DNA of 64,000 bases, from positions 800,001 to 864,000 of the forward strand of contig CBDCDC010000001.1 of assembly GCA_965215195.1 (NCBI GenBank), given 5' to 3'. The position numbers and the translations under genes were made by a program. Positions 18,681 to 27,381 of the stretch are shown one piece after another (the first letter of the stretch is position 1; each line of letters begins with the position of its first letter). Source of the DNA: Candidatus Latescibacterota bacterium. GTDB lineage: Bacteria > Latescibacterota > UBA2968 > UBA8231. The notes under the pieces were generated by a model that was not told the origin of the DNA, made no database searches, and saw only the letters and a program-made list of their open reading frames with translations.

Positions 18681-21302
18681 TCAGCGATCGTACCCCGCGA
18701 TAATCGAGATGAAAAACCGCGCCACCCCGCCGTCGCGCGTCCGCGCCACGGCCGGGTCGGCAAATTCTTCGTGGCGCAGCTCAATCCCGGTGTTGGAGAC
18801 CATAGTGTAGCCGATGTACGTGCCGCGCACCGTGAACATCAGCACCGAACTGGCCGAGCGCAGCTCGCGCTCCCGATCCACGCGGTCGATAACGCGGAAG
18901 GCCAGCACCGGCAACAACGTGCGCGTGAACGGCACCCCCATCCCCTGCTGGCCAAATTGCACCAAGGTATTCTCGGTCAGCCGCCAATCCACGCGCAGGA
19001 TGGGCGCAATCTGGTTCCACGACTCCACGGCCCGCCGCCGGTTGCTTTGGGTGACGTGCTTGTACAGATGCTTGAGCATGGCTTGGACGCGCAGGCGGGC
19101 CAACTCGTAGGTGTAGTCCGTTTTGTTGACCATCGTGAAGGTCTGCACGCGGGCCGCCGCCGCCAACTGCCGGTTCAGGATCCACTGCGCGTTGTTTTCA
19201 AGGTGGAACTGGTCCAGCCGCGCCAAGCGGGTGCCGACAAACGACGTATGCACCCACGAGTCGGCCATGAGCAAGGCATCGGGCGTGGGCGGTTGGTCCG
19301 GGTTGTTGTTCTCGCCGGCGCGAAAAACGTACACCGAGTCCGGCACGGTGTCCTCAACCCGCTTGCTGTCGTGATCGAGCTGGACTTGCCCCCACCGCGG
19401 CACGTCAAAGCGGTAGGACACCCGCCCGTAGCGCGACACCGCCCGGCCCGGCCCGGCGATCTCGTCCTGGCGATAGTAGCCCACCCCGGCCGACAGGCCG
19501 CGCCAGCGCGGCAAGGCCACAAAGCCGTGCAGGCCGCGCCGGTCGCGGTCGTAGGGATAGTCGGGCTTGTTGTCGTTTTCGCGCTCGTCAATCACGCCGT
19601 TGTTGTTCAAGTCAATGCCATAGACAAACTCCTGCGGATCCGAGAAGTAGAGCAAAAACGGCTCCTCAAAGTCCGGGATTCCATTGGCGTTTTTGTCGTC
19701 GTCCGGGATGTTGTCGTTGTCCTCGTCCAGCCCGGGGAAGACGCCGGACTCGGTCTCCGAGCCGTTGGGATAGTCGCGCAAATTGTCGTCCGCGTAGCGG
19801 TCGTTGTCGTCGTTGTCATCGACCAAGGGGAACTCGGACAGGATCTGTTGATCTTGGCTTTCGCCGCCTAAGTCCGTGTAGAGCCGCACCCCGCCGCGCC
19901 GGCTGTCGTATCCGCCGCCGTAGCGCGGCCCCATGTGGAAGACTTCCCCCCCCACCTCCCAGCGCCCGACATCCTTGAGCGCGTTGACGTACCACCCGGT
20001 TGCCTTTTGGCTGCCGTGCCGGCCGCGCAGCACCGGGAAGCTGCGGTAGAGCAGGTTGCGCTGGTATTCGCCGCGCACCTTCAGGCCGACAAACGTGGCC
20101 TCCGCATCAAAGCCGAAAATCGTCTGCCCCGTGGAAAAGCCGTGTTCAAATTCTACGGCCCGGCGGTTGGAAAAATCCCGCACTTCCCCAGTCGCCCGCA
20201 CCCGCGTCTCAAAGGGCGTGTTGCGCGGGGTGAACTGATTGCGCAGCGCGTCGAAAAAGGGGTGCTGTTGCGCCACCTCAATGCGGTAGTCATTGGCCAC
20301 TAGCGCCCGCACCCGCGCCCGGCGCGGCGCAAAATCCTCTGGTACGACAAACAGGTATTCCGCCACCTCCTCGCCGCGCACCTCGCGGAAGCCATCGCCG
20401 CGCCGGCCGCCCAACACTTGCGCTTGCAATGTCGGCGCAAAGCGGTCGTCGGCCGGGTCGCTGCTAATCGTGGCCTCGCCCGCCGGCCCCTCCCCTGCCA
20501 ATTCGAGGACGATGTCGTACACAATGGCCCCGGCTTCGTCGCTTTGCGGCGAGTCGTCGCGCACGCGCACGGTAATCTCGCTCGGCGGCTGCATGGCCGG
20601 ATAGGGAATGCTACCGCGCAAAAAGCCGCCGGAGCTGCCCCGGGCCGTATTGGCTTGGTGTTGGTTGACCAAGGTCGCGCCAAAGCGCAGCACATCGCCT
20701 ATCCGCGTCTGCCAGTGGCCGGCGAGATTGTACACCGGGTTTTCCTCGGTCCGTTCCAAGAAGTCAATGAGCGATCCCCGCCCCTGGGCAACCGGGTCGG
20801 AAAAGCTGTTGAGCGTGGGGAACAGGGACGAGTCAAAGCCGCGCGTGGTGAGCACGGTGATCTTGTTGCCCGGAAAGATCACGTCCCAGCGCAAGCCATT
20901 AAAGCCAGCCTGCCTAAACGTCAACGGCGTAAACTCGGTGCGCACCTCGTCGCCCACGGTCAAGGACCAATGCCACGGGCCGTAGCTGTCGTGGGCGATG
21001 ATGAGGTTGTTGAGCGAGCGGTAGAGGCGATCCTTGAGGATGCGGCTGCCGCCGGGCCGCTGCTCGTCCAACTCGTAGACGAGGAAGCCCTCGGCGAGGA
21101 AGCGGCCGAGGAAGTCGTAGCGCGGGGCCAAGCGAATCTCGCGGCGATAGGGCCGGTACAGGTCCTCGCCGTAATTGGTGTACGCGCTCAGAGGCGGGCG
21201 GCGCAAAAAGTGGCGCGCTGGTTCGGCGTCGGGCAAATCCGCCGACAGGGGACGCCCGCACAACAGCAAGGCAAGCGGAAGAATCCAACGGAAGGCGATC
21301 AT
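18681..21302 (-). CDS. Large exported protein, putative outer-membrane beta-barrel with acidic Ca-binding-like repeats
   Basis: Signal peptide and RBS AAGGAGA. Amphipathic beta-strand pattern, DDNDDND / DEDNDNIPD / DLNNNGVID repeats, C-terminal FFISIIAGYDR. Confidence 0.65.
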   Translation of the reverse strand: MIAFRWILPLALLLCGRPLSADLPDAEPARHFLRRPPLSAYTNYGEDLYRPYRREIRLAPRYDFLGRFLAEGFLVYELDEQRPGGSRILKDRLYRSLNNLIIAHDSYGPWHWSLTVGDEVRTEFTPLTFRQAGFNGLRWDVIFPGNKITVLTTRGFDSSLFPTLNSFSDPVAQGRGSLIDFLERTEENPVYNLAGHWQTRIGDVLRFGATLVNQHQANTARGSSGGFLRGSIPYPAMQPPSEITVRVRDDSPQSDEAGAIVYDIVLELAGEGPAGEATISSDPADDRFAPTLQAQVLGGRRGDGFREVRGEEVAEYLFVVPEDFAPRRARVRALVANDYRIEVAQQHPFFDALRNQFTPRNTPFETRVRATGEVRDFSNRRAVEFEHGFSTGQTIFGFDAEATFVGLKVRGEYQRNLLYRSFPVLRGRHGSQKATGWYVNALKDVGRWEVGGEVFHMGPRYGGGYDSRRGGVRLYTDLGGESQDQQILSEFPLVDDNDDNDRYADDNLRDYPNGSETESGVFPGLDEDNDNIPDDDKNANGIPDFEEPFLLYFSDPQEFVYGIDLNNNGVIDERENDNKPDYPYDRDRRGLHGFVALPRWRGLSAGVGYYRQDEIAGPGRAVSRYGRVSYRFDVPRWGQVQLDHDSKRVEDTVPDSVYVFRAGENNNPDQPPTPDALLMADSWVHTSFVGTRLARLDQFHLENNAQWILNRQLAAAARVQTFTMVNKTDYTYELARLRVQAMLKHLYKHVTQSNRRRAVESWNQIAPILRVDWRLTENTLVQFGQQGMGVPFTRTLLPVLAFRVIDRVDRERELRSASSVLMFTVRGTYIGYTMVSNTGIELRHEEFADPAVARTRDGGVARFFISIIAGYDR

Positions 21303-21373
21303 TAAGTATCTCCTTACCAGCCGACAGCAGTCAGCGGTTGTTGCCATGTCTGCGGCGGAGCGGTCCACCGTAT

Positions 21374-23029
21374 TCAGTACACCACCCCGACCAAACCCGT
21401 CCACACATCGGCGCGGTCGGCATTAATTTCAACGCGCAGCAGATAATGCCCTATCGGGACCAGCTGCCCGGCCTCGTCGCGGCCATCCCACGCCAAGCGC
21501 TTGCGGCCGGCTGCGGCCGGCTGCCCGTCCCACAGCACCCGCTGCTTGCGGCCCGCCAAGTCGTACAGAGCTACCGTCAAGGCCTGCGGGTGCTGCACCT
21601 TGGCCAAGTCGATTTGAATTTGGGCCGCACCCGAGCCCGCGTTGAAGGGATTGGGCTGCACCAACACGCCGGTGCGCGGCAGGGCGCGGCCGACCACGCC
21701 CTCGCCCACCAAGGTCCAAGCGTCTTCTGCCACCGGCCGCACGTACTGCCAATCGGCACTATCGCCCGAAGCCACGGCCGCTCGCACCGCCAGCGTTGGC
21801 CGCAACAGCACCGACGCAAATTCCACTTCGAGCCGCCCCGACCGGCTCACGCGGTGTTCGGCCCCCAACGCCAACCGGATACCCGCGTCGTCCCACCCGG
21901 CCTCATACCCATCCTCCGGCAGCACCACCCCGTCAAACCGCACCTGTTGCACTGCGCCCGGCAGGCCGATATGCACACGGTCAAACCCGAGATCCTGCGG
22001 GCCGACTTCCACGTCGAAAGTATAGGTAAACGCGGTCTCTTCACCCAACACCGGCCGCTGCGGCGCAATGGCCCCGGCCACGGCCCGCGCAAAAAGCTGT
22101 TCCCCAAAGGCGACCGCCACCCGCGCCAGCCGCGGGGTGCGCAGGGGATCGCGCGTTTCCATGACCGCCTGATACTGCAAAAACCGCGCCGGCTCCGGCT
22201 CGGTCAGGGCCACGCCCTCGCCGACGGCCGCCAAGTCCCACGCCGGCACCCGATGCCACTCGGGCCACGCCTCCCCATCGGCCGACGTGCGAAACTGCAC
22301 CCGCAAGAGCGTGCCCGGCGGCGTCTGGCCAGCAAACCACACCCGTCCAAAGTTGACTGGCTGCCCCGCGTCGAACGCGGCCGACGCAAACGTCCCTTCG
22401 GCCGCAAAGCCCTCGCCGAATACTTCCACCTCGCCGATGGAGACCCAGTTGGGCGGGTCTTCCCGCGTCAGCCTCAAGCGCACAAAGCGGCCCAACACCG
22501 GCAGCGGCACCCCACCGGCTCCAGTCTCGATCCACGTCGCATCCGCGGACGTATCGACCGTCGGGCGGGTGTTTTCCGCCTGTTGCGCCACCAGCACCCA
22601 ATCGTCGGGCGTGGCTTCTTGCGCCACTTCGAGGCGGTAGCCTTTGACGAAAAACAGCGGTCGTTGGGTCACGGTTTTGCCCGGCAGCAGGCGCACTTGG
22701 CTCACGCCGCGGTCGCCGCCCAAGTCAATGCGAATCCACTTGCCCAACACTTCGACCTCATTGTCAAAACGCCACTCGGTGTCGGCATTGCCGTCGGTGA
22801 CGCTGCGGCGGCCGCTCAAGGTGTTCGGCCCGGACGAAGCCACTGCATCCAAGGCGAGGTTGACCCCGCGAAAGGAGGCCAGCGACACCTGCCCCAAGCT
22901 GTCGATCTCCGCGCCGGCAAAAAGGCCGCCGGAGAAACTGTCGGCCCCCTCTTGCACCCACTCGCCAGCCATTGCCGGAGCGCAGCACAGCACGGCCAAA
23001 CCGAATAAAAAACGCATCTTATTCATCAT
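21374..23029 (-). CDS. Exported protein with discoidin/F5-8-like domain and C-terminal FlgD-Ig (T9SS-CTD-like) domain
   Basis: TDGNADTEW...WIRIDLG...RFVRL...IGEVEVFG. C-terminal PNPF...LYDLAGR...WDGRDEAGQLVPIGHY. Confidence 0.75.
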   Translation of the reverse strand: MMNKMRFLFGLAVLCCAPAMAGEWVQEGADSFSGGLFAGAEIDSLGQVSLASFRGVNLALDAVASSGPNTLSGRRSVTDGNADTEWRFDNEVEVLGKWIRIDLGGDRGVSQVRLLPGKTVTQRPLFFVKGYRLEVAQEATPDDWVLVAQQAENTRPTVDTSADATWIETGAGGVPLPVLGRFVRLRLTREDPPNWVSIGEVEVFGEGFAAEGTFASAAFDAGQPVNFGRVWFAGQTPPGTLLRVQFRTSADGEAWPEWHRVPAWDLAAVGEGVALTEPEPARFLQYQAVMETRDPLRTPRLARVAVAFGEQLFARAVAGAIAPQRPVLGEETAFTYTFDVEVGPQDLGFDRVHIGLPGAVQQVRFDGVVLPEDGYEAGWDDAGIRLALGAEHRVSRSGRLEVEFASVLLRPTLAVRAAVASGDSADWQYVRPVAEDAWTLVGEGVVGRALPRTGVLVQPNPFNAGSGAAQIQIDLAKVQHPQALTVALYDLAGRKQRVLWDGQPAAAGRKRLAWDGRDEAGQLVPIGHYLLRVEINADRADVWTGLVGVVY

Positions 23030-23224
23030 CTATCCATGCCTCCAAACCCCAGCATTCTAACGTGGTTCGTGGGTCAAAGGCGAGTTGCTGGAAGCGCAAC
23101 CTCAGGCCCAGTTGCCCCAAGCGGAGCGCGTCTTTTTTGAGCAATGGATTCATGCTCCGCACTTCGTTCGCCACGATGCAGACCTCGGTTATACCCTTCT
23201 CGACCTGCGATTATAGGAAATCAT

Positions 23225-23327
23225 CTTACTACACGCCACCAGCCCTCAGCCTGCCAAGGATCGAGGGCATCTTGCCCTCGGCGAGGGCGGGACGCCCTCG
23301 ATCCCGGATCCGTCGAAAACCATAGAA
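23225..23327. repeat. Partial copy of the CTTACTACACG-TIR element containing a REP-like palindrome
   Basis: Closely matches 57265-57368. Contains GGATCGAGGGCATCTTGCCCTCG-G-CGAGGGCGGGACGCCCTCGATCC. Confidence 0.85.
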
Positions 23328-23578
23328 ATCTTAAAATCTATGCTATAATTGGTTTCGTCTCTCCATCCGCAATGTTCAAGTACTTGGAACAAGACGCCTC
23401 TATCAAAGCAAGATTTGACAAACATCTTTATCGCTTCAGCAAGCATAAAGATCGCCTCCTCTTCACTTTCGCCTTGACTATATATATCGAGAGCAGGGCA
23501 ATAGGATACGTAACCTACCTTATCTTTTTTGACTTCCATAGGCAGATTATCGAGCTTGACTACGATTGGTTCAGACAT
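23246..23578 (-). CDS. Orphan HicB-like antitoxin whose 3' end runs into the repeat
   Basis: YVSYCPALDIYSQGESEEEAIFMLAEAI (HicB-like). RBS AGGAGG, low GC. Confidence 0.7.
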   Translation of the reverse strand: MSEPIVVKLDNLPMEVKKDKVGYVSYCPALDIYSQGESEEEAIFMLAEAIKMFVKSCFDRGVLFQVLEHCGWRDETNYSIDFKISMVFDGSGIEGVPPSPRARCPRSLAG

Positions 23579-23597
23579 TCGGCCTCCTGTTATCTAA

Positions 23598-23757
23598 GAA
23601 GCGGTCTGCTTCACCGCGCCTTTAGGCGCGACAAACCCCCGGCGAACCGCGTTGAGTAGCGGTTGAGCGCCCTCGGCTGGCGCGTTTTTGGAGGGCGAGC
23701 GGCCCTCGCCCCTAGTCGGCTGGCGCGTTTTTGGAGGGCGAGCGGCCCTCGCTCCTA
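23598..23757. repeat. Left-end fragment of the GAAGCGGTCT-TIR MITE family with a 43-bp tandem duplication
   Basis: TAA|GAAGCGGTCTG, then CGGCGAACCGCGTTGAG.AGCGGTTGAGCG as at ~57175-57205. Units at 23673-23715 and 23716-23757. Confidence 0.8.
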
Positions 23758-23761
23758 TCCC

Positions 23762-24454
23762 CTATCCCATTGCTCGGCTCACTAGGTGCGCAAAGAGCTT
23801 CGACCAAATCGTCTTAGGCATCCGCTCCGGGTGAAACTGCACGCCGATTAAGCGGCCATCCTCGCTTTCAACCGCCTCCACCACGCCATCGCCGCTGCGC
23901 CCGCTGACGCCCAAGCCCGCGCCGGGCCGGTCAATGGCCTGTATGTGATTGGAATTGACCCGCGAAGGGCCAGCAAGGCCCAGCGCAGCCAGCACCGTGC
24001 CCGGCTCTACTTGGAGATCGTGCTCGAGCCAATTGTCCGCGGTCCGCGGTCGCGCATGCGGCTCAACGCCGAGCTGGGCCTCCACGTCCGCCCAGATGGT
24101 GCCGCCCAACTCGGCGCTGATAAACTGCATTCCGTAGCAGATGCCCAAAACCGGCAACTGGTGCTCTTGCGCGGCCGCAAAGCTCCAGCGGTCGGCTTGG
24201 TCGCGCTGGGCCGCCACCGGCGGGAGGTCGCTGGGCAGGGTGCCGATCAGACCGCGCTCAATGCCCGGGCCGCCGGTGATCAACAGACCGTCGATGCGCT
24301 CGAGTACCGCTTGCAGGGCAGCGCGTTCTGGGGTCATGGGCAGCACGAGCGGTGCTCCTCCCGCCTGCACGACCGCATCCACATAGTAGTGCTCGAGGAC
24401 TTGATGGCCATCGGCGTTTAGGCTGCTGGTGATGCCGATGAGCGGGCGGGGCAT
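23762..24454 (-). CDS. Gamma-glutamyl-gamma-aminobutyrate hydrolase family (peptidase C26, class I GATase)
   Basis: PLIGIT, GLLITGG, PVLGICYGMQ, VNSNHIQ, GVQFHPE. Confidence 0.9.
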   Translation of the reverse strand: MPRPLIGITSSLNADGHQVLEHYYVDAVVQAGGAPLVLPMTPERAALQAVLERIDGLLITGGPGIERGLIGTLPSDLPPVAAQRDQADRWSFAAAQEHQLPVLGICYGMQFISAELGGTIWADVEAQLGVEPHARPRTADNWLEHDLQVEPGTVLAALGLAGPSRVNSNHIQAIDRPGAGLGVSGRSGDGVVEAVESEDGRLIGVQFHPERMPKTIWSKLFAHLVSRAMG

Positions 24455-25755
24455 CAGACGCCGGCCTTGAGCCTTGCGAAGGAGACCTTGTCGTCGAGGA
24501 GAACCAAGGCTGCAAAGCTGTCGATGTCGGTGCGCGAGGCGTCGAGCCGGGCGATGGCGTTGCGCAAAAAGCTCTGCTGCCGGTCGTTGCGCGGGCTAGC
24601 AGTCAGGAGCCGTTGGTTAAACTGCGCCTTGTCTTCCTCGCTTTTGTCGGCTAGCCGCTCGCCCAGCCATGCTACCATGTCCGCATCGGTTCTGTTGGCC
24701 GCAATCGCCTCGGCGAAGACTGCTTGGTCGAGACCGAGAAAGTCCAGTACTGCGCGGTCAAAACCCGAATCCTCGCCGCACCAGTACTCGCCTAGGCAAT
24801 TGCAGTGCGCCGCGCGGAATTTGTCGATCATCCGCGCTAGACAGGCGAGCCCGCCGACGCTCAGATCGAACGGGCTGCGCGGCGGGTGCCGGCGCAAGTC
24901 CGTCACTCCAAAGCTCAACTCGTCGTCGAGGTCTTGCAGGTCGAAGAAGGTCTCGATGTCGCCGCGCTCGGGCGCGACCTCAGCCCGGCGCATCTCGAGC
25001 CGCTCGTGCATCTCGCCGTAGCGGCCGACGTTGGCACGCCAAGCGTTGAAGACGCTTTTGTCCGCGGCCGACTTCTGACAGGATTGGGCGATCCACTCGC
25101 TCAGCTCGTCGTCGTTGGGATTTTCGTACGCAGCTTGGCGAAAGGCGTCCTCATCAAGGCCCAAGAAATCCAAGATGGCCGCGTCTTGGCTGGAGTCAGC
25201 ACCAAAGCGGTACTCGCCTAACTTGCCGCAGGTGACCGCCCGCGCCTTGTCGGCCATGCGCGCTGCGCCCACCACGCCCAAGACGCTGCGAAGGTACGGG
25301 CTGCGCGGTGGTTGGGCAGTCAGGTCCAAGTCCCGAAAGGCCCCCCAATCGTCCAATTCAATGGAGGCGAAGACCGTTTTGATGTCCGTGCGACCGGGGG
25401 CGTACTGGGCGATTCGCTCGACGAGCAGCCGCTCGTGTAGCTCGTCTTGCGGTTCGCGGGTGAGGTGTTCCTCGTTGAAGGCCTTGATCTCCGCTTGGCT
25501 TTTCTGCGCCTTTTTTAAGGCCAGTTCGCCCAGCGCCTCGTCGTCCAACTCGCCGACAGCCTCGGCGAACTCAGCGGCGTTCATATTGATAAATTCGAGC
25601 ACTTCGACGTCGAGACCGGAGTCGTCTCCATACTTGAACTCGCCGATGGTCTCCGCGTTGTGGCCGCGCGCTTTGTCCATCATGCGCGCCAGCCCGACGA
25701 TGCCGGCGACGCAGGCGTTGGAGGGCCGGCGAGGCGGTTGTCTCGTTAGATCCAT
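24454..25755 (-). CDS. Protein with three tandem DUF5069-like domains
   Basis: Three copies of DL...PPR.P....G...ARM.DK.RA.....GEY..G.DS..D...L.FLG. Confidence 0.7.
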   Translation of the reverse strand: MDLTRQPPRRPSNACVAGIVGLARMMDKARGHNAETIGEFKYGDDSGLDVEVLEFINMNAAEFAEAVGELDDEALGELALKKAQKSQAEIKAFNEEHLTREPQDELHERLLVERIAQYAPGRTDIKTVFASIELDDWGAFRDLDLTAQPPRSPYLRSVLGVVGAARMADKARAVTCGKLGEYRFGADSSQDAAILDFLGLDEDAFRQAAYENPNDDELSEWIAQSCQKSAADKSVFNAWRANVGRYGEMHERLEMRRAEVAPERGDIETFFDLQDLDDELSFGVTDLRRHPPRSPFDLSVGGLACLARMIDKFRAAHCNCLGEYWCGEDSGFDRAVLDFLGLDQAVFAEAIAANRTDADMVAWLGERLADKSEEDKAQFNQRLLTASPRNDRQQSFLRNAIARLDASRTDIDSFAALVLLDDKVSFARLKAGV

Positions 25756-25822
25756 AAGTGAGAGCTCCTACGTTTGGGGGTGAAGGTTTGCAATATACCA
25801 ACCGCAGACCGGTCGGCCATGT

Positions 25823-25851
25823 TTGACGCTTCTACAGGCGGCTTCTATACT
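25823..25851 (+). promoter_or_regulatory. Sigma70-type promoter of mutM
   Basis: TTGACG-N17-TATACT, 31 bp before the ATG. Confidence 0.65.
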
Positions 25852-25882
25852 TGCGGCGCAGCTTGCTAAAGAGCCTCTGCCC

Positions 25883-26689
25883 ATGCCCGAACTGCCCGAA
25901 GTAGAAACCGTCCGCAGCGCCATGGAGTGCCACCTGCTAGGCCGGCCGATCGCCCGCGTCCGCGTCAGTACAAAGCACCTGCGCGAGCCTTTGCCAAAGG
26001 CCGCGTTGCGCTCCTTGGTCGGGGATTGCTTTGCGGCCGCTCGCCGCCGCGCCAAATTCCTCCTCCTCGACCTGCAATCGGGCCGGACGCTCCTAGTCCA
26101 TCTCGGCATGAGCGGCAACCTGCTCCTGCGGCCGTGGGGCACTAAGCACGACCACGTGGGATTTGAGTTTGCCGACGGAGGTGCTGTGGCGTTCAACGAT
26201 CCGCGGCGCTTTGGCCTGGTGCTGGTGCTTGACGAGGGCGAGGAGCGCACGTGCCGCTACTTGCAAAACCTCGGCCCGGAGCCACTCTCCCGCGCCTTCA
26301 ACGCCCGCTATCTCCAAGCCCAATGTCAGCGGCGCAAAAGCCCGATCAAGAACCTCATTATGGACAGCCGCACGGTCGTCGGCGTGGGCAATATCTACGC
26401 CAGCGAGGCCCTCTTCCGGGCGCGCATTCATCCGGCGACCCCGGCTGCGGCCATTGATCCGCCGCGCTTGGCCCTGCTCGCCAAGGAGATCAAAAAGGTG
26501 CTGCGCGTCGCCATCGGCCAAGGCGGCACGACCATCAGCGATTATCGGGGTTCGGGCGCGGGCGGGCGCTTTCAGCAGCGGCTCCACGTGTACGGCCGCC
26601 GCGGCGAGGGCTGCCGCGTCTGCGACGCGCCCATCGAAAGCCTCTACTTGGGTGGTCGCAACACCTTCTATTGCCCGAGTTGCCAATAA
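25883..26689 (+). CDS. mutM: Formamidopyrimidine-DNA glycosylase
   Basis: N-terminal MPELPEVETV, HLGMSG, VGVGNIYASEALF, C-terminal zinc finger CRVC...YCPSCQ. Confidence 0.97.
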   Translation: MPELPEVETVRSAMECHLLGRPIARVRVSTKHLREPLPKAALRSLVGDCFAAARRRAKFLLLDLQSGRTLLVHLGMSGNLLLRPWGTKHDHVGFEFADGGAVAFNDPRRFGLVLVLDEGEERTCRYLQNLGPEPLSRAFNARYLQAQCQRRKSPIKNLIMDSRTVVGVGNIYASEALFRARIHPATPAAAIDPPRLALLAKEIKKVLRVAIGQGGTTISDYRGSGAGGRFQQRLHVYGRRGEGCRVCDAPIESLYLGGRNTFYCPSCQ

Positions 26690-26743
26690 AAACGCCAGCC
26701 CCGTTTGGGACCGGCGCGATGAGCAAAAGACGCAGAGACGGCA

Positions 26744-27352
26744 CTACTTTTTGGCGTACCCGTTGGGCGAGGGGGCCGTGGTGGTGATTACGTCGTCGAG
26801 CAGGCCATACACCTTGGCTTCCTCGGCCGACATGAAAAAGTCGCGGTCCGTGTCCTTGGCGATTTTCTCGACGTCTTGGCCGGTGTGCTTGGCGTAGAGC
26901 GCGTTTAATTCTTCGCGCAGGCGAATGGTCTCCTTGGCGCGGATGTCGAGGTCGGTAGCAGTGCCGGTGACGGTGTGCATAAGGAGTGGCTGGTGAATCA
27001 TAATCCGGGCGTGCGGCCAAGCGAAGCGACGCCCCGGCTCGCCGGCTGCGAGCAGGAACGAGCCCATGCTCATGGCCATGCCCATGCACACAGTGGAAAC
27101 AGGTGCCTGAATCGCCAGCATGGCGTCGTAGATAGCCATGCCATCGGGGACCGAGCCGCCGGGGCTGTTGATGTAGAGGACGATTTCTCTAGTTGGATCG
27201 TCGGCATCCAGCGAGAGCAAGCGGGTAACTACGGCCTTGGCCGACTCGTCGTTGACGTCGGACCAGAGAAATATTTTGCGCGCTTTGTACAGGCTCTGCT
27301 CTAGGTTTTTTTCTTGGAGGACTTTGAGCAAATCTTCGTCTTTTTCGGCCAT
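26744..27352 (-). CDS. clpP: ATP-dependent Clp protease proteolytic subunit
   Basis: LYINSPGGSV, GMAMSMGSFLL, RIMIHQP, DTDRDFFMSAEEAK.YGL. Confidence 0.96.
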   Translation of the reverse strand: MAEKDEDLLKVLQEKNLEQSLYKARKIFLWSDVNDESAKAVVTRLLSLDADDPTREIVLYINSPGGSVPDGMAIYDAMLAIQAPVSTVCMGMAMSMGSFLLAAGEPGRRFAWPHARIMIHQPLLMHTVTGTATDLDIRAKETIRLREELNALYAKHTGQDVEKIAKDTDRDFFMSAEEAKVYGLLDDVITTTAPSPNGYAKK

Positions 27353-27381
27353 TAAAACATCTCCATAATTTAATACGTACC

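Noticed and set aside
21338-23008. 556-aa plus-strand ORF
   Set aside because: Antisense shadow of the FlgD-CTD gene, Arg/Pro/His-rich with no motifs. The same applies to 3062-4291, 13617-14732, 18660-19871, 51665-52624, 58487-59488 and 61928-62965.
23673-23757. 43-bp tandem units as a mini CRISPR array
   Set aside because: Only two adjacent units with no spacer, no cas genes, and the sequence belongs to the MITE family.
26744-27352. clpP without tig or clpX
   Set aside because: Stand-alone clpP paralogues are common, and the catalytic motifs look ordinary.
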